A stretch of DNA of 35,426 bases from Octopus bimaculoides (lineage: Eukaryota), in NCBI RefSeq assembly GCF_001194135.2, contig NC_068981.1, positions 22,730,386 to 22,765,811 of the forward strand, given 5' to 3'. The notes beneath the pieces were generated by a model. It made no database searches and was not told the origin of the DNA. It worked only from the letters and a program-made list of their open reading frames with translations. A program made the translations under genes and the position numbers. Shown in pieces: positions 31,228 to 35,426 of the stretch (position 1 is the first letter of the stretch; each line of letters starts with the position of its first letter).

Positions 31228-31554
31228 AGGTGCATGGCTCAGTGGTTAGAGCTTACGATTCTGAGGTTGTGAGTTTGATACCCAGACCGGGCTGCGTGTT
31301 GTGTTCTTGAGCAAGATACTTTATTTCACGTTGCTCCAGTTCACTCAGCTGTAAAATTGAGTTGCAGCGTCACTGGTACCAAGCTGTATTGGTCTTTGCC
31401 TTATCCTATGGGTAACATTGGTGGCACGGAGAGGGAAAGCTGGTATGCATGGGTGACTGCTGATCTTCCATATACAACCTTGTCTGGACTTGTGCCTCAG
31501 AGGGGAACTTTCTAGGTGCAATCCCATGGTCATTTGTGACTGAAGGGGATCTTT
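31228..31554 (+). mobile_element. SINE family C, apparently full length
   Basis: tRNA-like head (A-box tggctcagtggtt, B-box-like gagtttgataccc), core gtgttcttgagcaagatactttatttcacgttgctccagttcactcagctg and a distinct 3' part. Follows a (TA)n run. Confidence 0.85.
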
Positions 31555-31596
31555 GTGTTATATATATGCACACACATACGTACACATATGTGATGA

Positions 31597-31710
31597 ACTT
31601 CTGCATAGTTGCTGCCTACCAAATTCACATGCAAGATATTGGTCAGCCCAGAGCTATAGTAGATGACATTCAAGGTGCCATGCAATGGGATTGAACCCAA
31701 AATTGCATGT
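31597..31710 (-). mobile_element. Degenerate family B 5' half
   Basis: ctaccaaattcac..caag..ttggtcagccc.gagctatagtaga..caaggtgccatgcaatgggattgaaccc. Confidence 0.65.
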
Positions 31711-31766
31711 ATATATCAGTAGCCATTTTTTTTTCTATGTGTTATAGACAGTTTGATTATTTGCAC

Positions 31767-31967
31767 CTGATAAATTTTTCTTCAAGAATTTTTGCGAAGA
31801 CCAGCAGTTGCTTATGCAGGCACATTTTCTCTCTCTCCTTGTCACTTTTGCTGTTCAAGTTCAAGGCAAGGGCAATACAGTTGGACATCAGGGTCCAGTC
31901 AGAGCAGCTATTGTAAAACATTCTCTCCACTGCTCTGACAATTTCCCCAATTCTCCGATCCTTCATC
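31767..31967 (-). CDS. Candidate internal coding exon (201 nt, phase 2/2), product unknown
   Basis: Acceptor cttggcctttcag|G and donor CAG|gtgcaa. Open frame MKDRRIGEIVRAVERMFYNSCSDWTLMSNCIALALNLNSKSDKEREKMCLHKQLLVFAKILEEKFI with helical, protein-like composition. No family recognised and no partner exon identified. Confidence 0.25.
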
Positions 31968-32020
31968 CTGAAAGGCCAAGTTGAGACCTCAGCAGAAATT
32001 GAACTCAGAGTGCAGATTCA
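31968..32020 (-). mobile_element. D-like SINE remnant
   Basis: Reverse complement ctctgagttcaatttctgctgaggtctcaacttggcctttca. Confidence 0.55.
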
Positions 32021-32691
32021 GAACAGCTACTTCTAGGCATATGTCCTGGACTTTGAAATAAGTGAAGCTCAAATATCTATTTTATAAACTGTGTCTCTCT
32101 CATACATTTATTAAAAACCATGCAGTTGAAAAGCAGGCTTCTAAACCACACAGCCATGCCCACATTTATATTAAACAAAGTTAATGTAATTGTTATAAAA
32201 TGACTGCATATTATATTTATATCTGCCTACTTCTTTCTCTCTCTCTTAACCCTCCTCCTTCCATTGCTAAGTGAAACATGGTCTAAATACCTCTTTACTT
32301 ATGGGACACCATGTATTGCACAGGAATAGATAGAAATAATGTAGATTGTTTTAGTTACCCCACCCTAAATATAAACTCAGTAGAAACAGATGCATTAGTT
32401 TCTCCCCATTGTTTCCTATGCACATTGAATGGAGAAATAATAACAATCTATATATGTACTTTCAAGGTTAATGAAAATGCAACTATTAGCTTCAGCTTCA
32501 TCCTTTTAGTCAAAGATAAATGCCTAGGAACATCAAAGACTGCATTCTTTTATTGGTTTTTGTCATTGAACTGTGCCTCTTCTGAGGCAATGCCTTGAAT
32601 TGTTTTACTCACTCAAACAAACCACAGTACTTAATCTGATATTCATTTTATAGATCTCTGATTACTAAACGGTATCTTTTATATCTGTTAT

Positions 32692-32828
32692 CTGTTACTT
32701 GTTTCAGTCATTTGACTGTGGCCATGCTTGGGTATTGCCATAAGGGGTTTTAGTTGAACAAATTGACCCCAGTACTTTTTTTTTTGATCCTGATACTTAT
32801 TCTATCAGTCTCTTTTGCTTAACTGCTA
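32692..32828 (-). mobile_element. Family B 3' half
   Basis: ttacttgtttcagtcatttgactgtggccatgct...gatacttattctatcagtctcttttgc. Confidence 0.85.
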
Positions 32829-32901
32829 TCTAGCCAATTTGAACACAAAACAAGTCGGATATTAGGGCTGAATATGGTCAGTTTAAATACTAAAGGGTTA
32901 A
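32829..32901 (+). mobile_element. MITE family 1 right end
   Basis: tctagccaatttgaaca..gggctgaatatggtcagtttaaatactaaagggttaa, matching 27325-27398. Confidence 0.75.
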
Positions 32902-33237
32902 TGTCACAAAAAAAAAAGAAAAAACAAAGGTAGGTTTTTTCATGGCATGCTTTTGATTATAAGTCTGTATAATCAGAGCTGACCTGGGGTTAAACAATAA
33001 CAGCAATAATAATTACATGTACTAGAATATTTAAATCCCCAAACCCTAGATATAATAGTTGTGACTATTAGTTTGTTTAGACCCACTCCAGTAGCTAACA
33101 AGCAAATCTTACCATTTGTAAACAGCTCTTAAGCTTCTGAATAACTCATCATGAAATCAGTCAAGGAGTACTTGAGATGTTCGTGAATTAAGTAATTGTA
33201 CTCTATGTTCTGGTTAAGCAAATATTAGATGATATAA

Positions 33238-33584
33238 TCTTTTACTTGCTTCGGTCATTAGATTATGTCCATGCTGGTGTACCACCTTGAATTTTTAATC
33301 GAATGATTCAACCTCAGTACTTTTTTTTTAAGCTGGTTGCTTATTGTATTGGTGTCTTTTGCATAACTGCTATGTTACGTGGATGTAAACACACCAACAC
33401 CAATTGTCAAGGGGTGGTGGGAGACAAAGACTCTCACATACACATGCATACACAACAGGCTTCTTTCAGTTTCTGTCTACCAAATCCACTTAAAAGGCTT
33501 TGTTCAGCCCAAGGTGCCATGCAGTAAGACTGAACCTAGAACCATGTGGTTGAGAAGTAAGCTTTTTACTACCCAACCATGCCT
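33238..33584 (-). mobile_element. Family B, near complete with internal deletion
   Basis: Tail, 3' half, CA patch, 5' half and head are all present. The ctatagtagaagacactt segment is missing between cagccc and aaggtgcc. Confidence 0.88.
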
Positions 33585-33590
33585 GAGGCA

Positions 33591-33717
33591 TCTCTCGTTT
33601 GTGAAAGCAGTCAAGTTTATTTCAAATATTCTCATTTTAAAAATCATCCCTGGCTAATTGTTGAGAGGACATTGGTGTTGCCTTTGCAGAGGTTTGCGCT
33701 CTCTGAGTGCTCTTGTT
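33591..33717 (-). mobile_element. HINE-like element 5' portion
   Basis: Reverse complement agagcactcagagagcgcaaacctctgcaaaggcaacaccaatgtcctctcaacaattagcc.gggatgatttttaaaatgagaata matches 7753-7870. Confidence 0.85.
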
Positions 33718-34079
33718 GCTATAGGTATCAACCCACAGGTGTTGAAAGTGTGCACCAATTGCATCAGTCTCCTTTGCCTGGCAGAAGTCATTGTCATTGT
33801 GCTTCCTTATAAAAATAAAAACAATAAATAAATTCATTCAGTATTGTATTTGGGTGTGTTTTCCTGAGTTACCTGGGAAACGCCCCCAAATGCAATACCC
33901 AAATTTTAATAATAAACACAAAAATTAATTTAGGATCAATTTTCTCATTTAGCACAAATTTTGTACTGGGCTGCAAGCACCCATATTATTTTTAATCTTT
34001 GAAGAAAATGTTTCATTTTCTTTTGTGCTGAAGCATCAGTATTATTTGTCTATGAAGCGTCAAATATCTTTCTGTTATA

Positions 34080-34353
34080 CACTTTCATTTGTAGACATTT
34101 TCTCTCTTTTTCCTCTGTATCTTTCTTCCCCTCTTTCTCCATTTCATACCTCTTTACCTCTCTCATAGTAGTTCTCTTTCTTTACTTTCTTTTTGTTTAC
34201 ATTATTGTTTTTTCCTCGCCATCTCTCCAATTCCATTATTTTGTTTCCTTCTTTCTCTTCCTCTTTTTCCCCATCATCTTTCCTTACAATTCTTTCCTTG
34301 TCTTTTATTATCTCTACCTCTTTGTCACACATTATCATTCACGCTCACACAAC

Positions 34354-34390
<37 letters not shown>

Positions 34391-34451
34391 ATGCACACAC
34401 AACCTTCTCTTTCTCTGTTTCATTTAGCTTCTTTTTGTTTCTCTCACAGTT

Positions 34452-34483
<32 letters not shown>

Positions 34484-34720
34484 TCATTCTCTCACACCAC
34501 CTCTCAACTCTTTCGAACTCTATCTATTTTGTCTTTATTCTCTGACCCTCTACTTTGTTTCATTATCTCTTCCTTCAATTCTCAGCTCCTTATCGACTTA
34601 TCACCATTGTCTTATATCGTCCACCATCTTTTAACATCTTTGTTCATTGTCTCAATTTCTAATTTTATTTTTCCAGCCCACCTCTTTCTATTGCCTTTCA
34701 TCTCTTTATTCTAAATCTCT
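34080..34720. repeat. Long pyrimidine-rich tract with embedded (CA)n and (CT)n
   Basis: Direct reading. Explains the Ser/Leu/Phe ORF 34193..34714. Confidence 0.85.
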
Positions 34721-34869
34721 CTTCAGTTTCAATCTAGTGACTCTGCAAAAATTCAATTCCTAAATTGACAAAAACTCTCCAATAACGGTAATGATTTCTA
34801 ACAATAGAACTCTATAATGAGACTATCCTGACAAGCAGACAGTCACATGAGGTTGAGGACATGACGTCT

Positions 34870-35045
34870 TTAGTGCTGGTACCACAAAAAATAAGACGGG
34901 AAAATAAAGAAGAAATTTAAATGCACTCAGAACACTTTGTAAAATGTTAAGAGGATGTTTTAGTCTTGTTAAGGGCATGGCACTGCCCTACTATTGGTGC
35001 CATGAAAAAAGCCCAGTACCAGTGGTTGGTGTTAAGAAGGTAATC
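34870..35045 (+). mobile_element. Two old A/E-type remnants
   Basis: gctggtaccacaaaaaa..gcactcagaacactttgtaaa and ggtgccatgaaaaaagcccagtaccagtggttggtgttaagaagg. Confidence 0.4.
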
Positions 35046-35426
35046 TTACCAAAGGAACCAAGGAAAAAATGAAATTCTTAAATGAGATGTCATTCTCTAA
35101 TTCATCTAGGTTAGCAGCACTCATGAATATGGGCAAACTCTAGTTCTGGCAATTTGTTTAAGCAGGCCTCAAACATCTCATAATACCTTCGCGCTTTAGT
35201 TTGCCCTCTATTATTTATCTTGTTTCTCTCCATGAAATTCAATTGAATTCAGTTGTTGTCTTAAATTCATGCTTATTCATTTTCTAAGCTTCCTAAATTC
35301 ATGCTACGTTATATTCTAATCACCTAGAATTCATTGCTCTTTTAAAAATTACGATTTATGCATTGTTGTCTCTCAAATATTTAAAATCTACAATTAAGAG
35401 CCCTATCTACTCGCTGGCGGTAACCC

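Noticed and set aside
2780-31290. tRNA genes at SINE heads (B, C, D)
   Set aside because: A/B-box-like motifs are present, but I see no complete cloverleaf and each head continues into a SINE body.
276-34714. Many 60-170 aa ORFs rich in YI, HT, CV, SL or II repeats
   Set aside because: Translations of (TA)n, (CA)n, (TG)n, (CT)n and (ATT)n tracts with no domain-like content.

Overview
AT-rich, microsatellite-dense eukaryotic DNA with four N-gaps, three of which abut (TA)n runs and one of which falls where a SINE's internal (TA)n is expected, as in a short-read assembly. The repeat repertoire looks like octopus/coleoid cephalopod DNA (inference from recalled repeat families, not a database search). 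I find no confidently supported intact gene, RNA gene or CRISPR array. Nearly all tracked ORFs are artefacts of N-gaps, microsatellites or repeats. The window is a layered patchwork of mobile elements. These include several tRNA-headed SINE families (my labels B, C, D, F) and a (GAT)n-tailed 5'-truncated retroposon family (A) with internal ~65-bp units, probably RTE-related. There are also decayed RTE and CR1/L2-group LINE fragments, a Tc1/mariner left end, two TTAA/CCCTTT (piggyBac-like) MITE families, a Helentron-type element and one unclassified TIR element. The most notable structures are a four-copy SINE array built on (ATT)n tracts, perfect palindromes, inverted SINE pairs that could form dsRNA, a ~350-bp local duplication and one candidate 201-nt phase-symmetric exon on the minus strand. 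I cannot support a claim of a new multi-gene system here. Boundaries of degenerate repeats are approximate.
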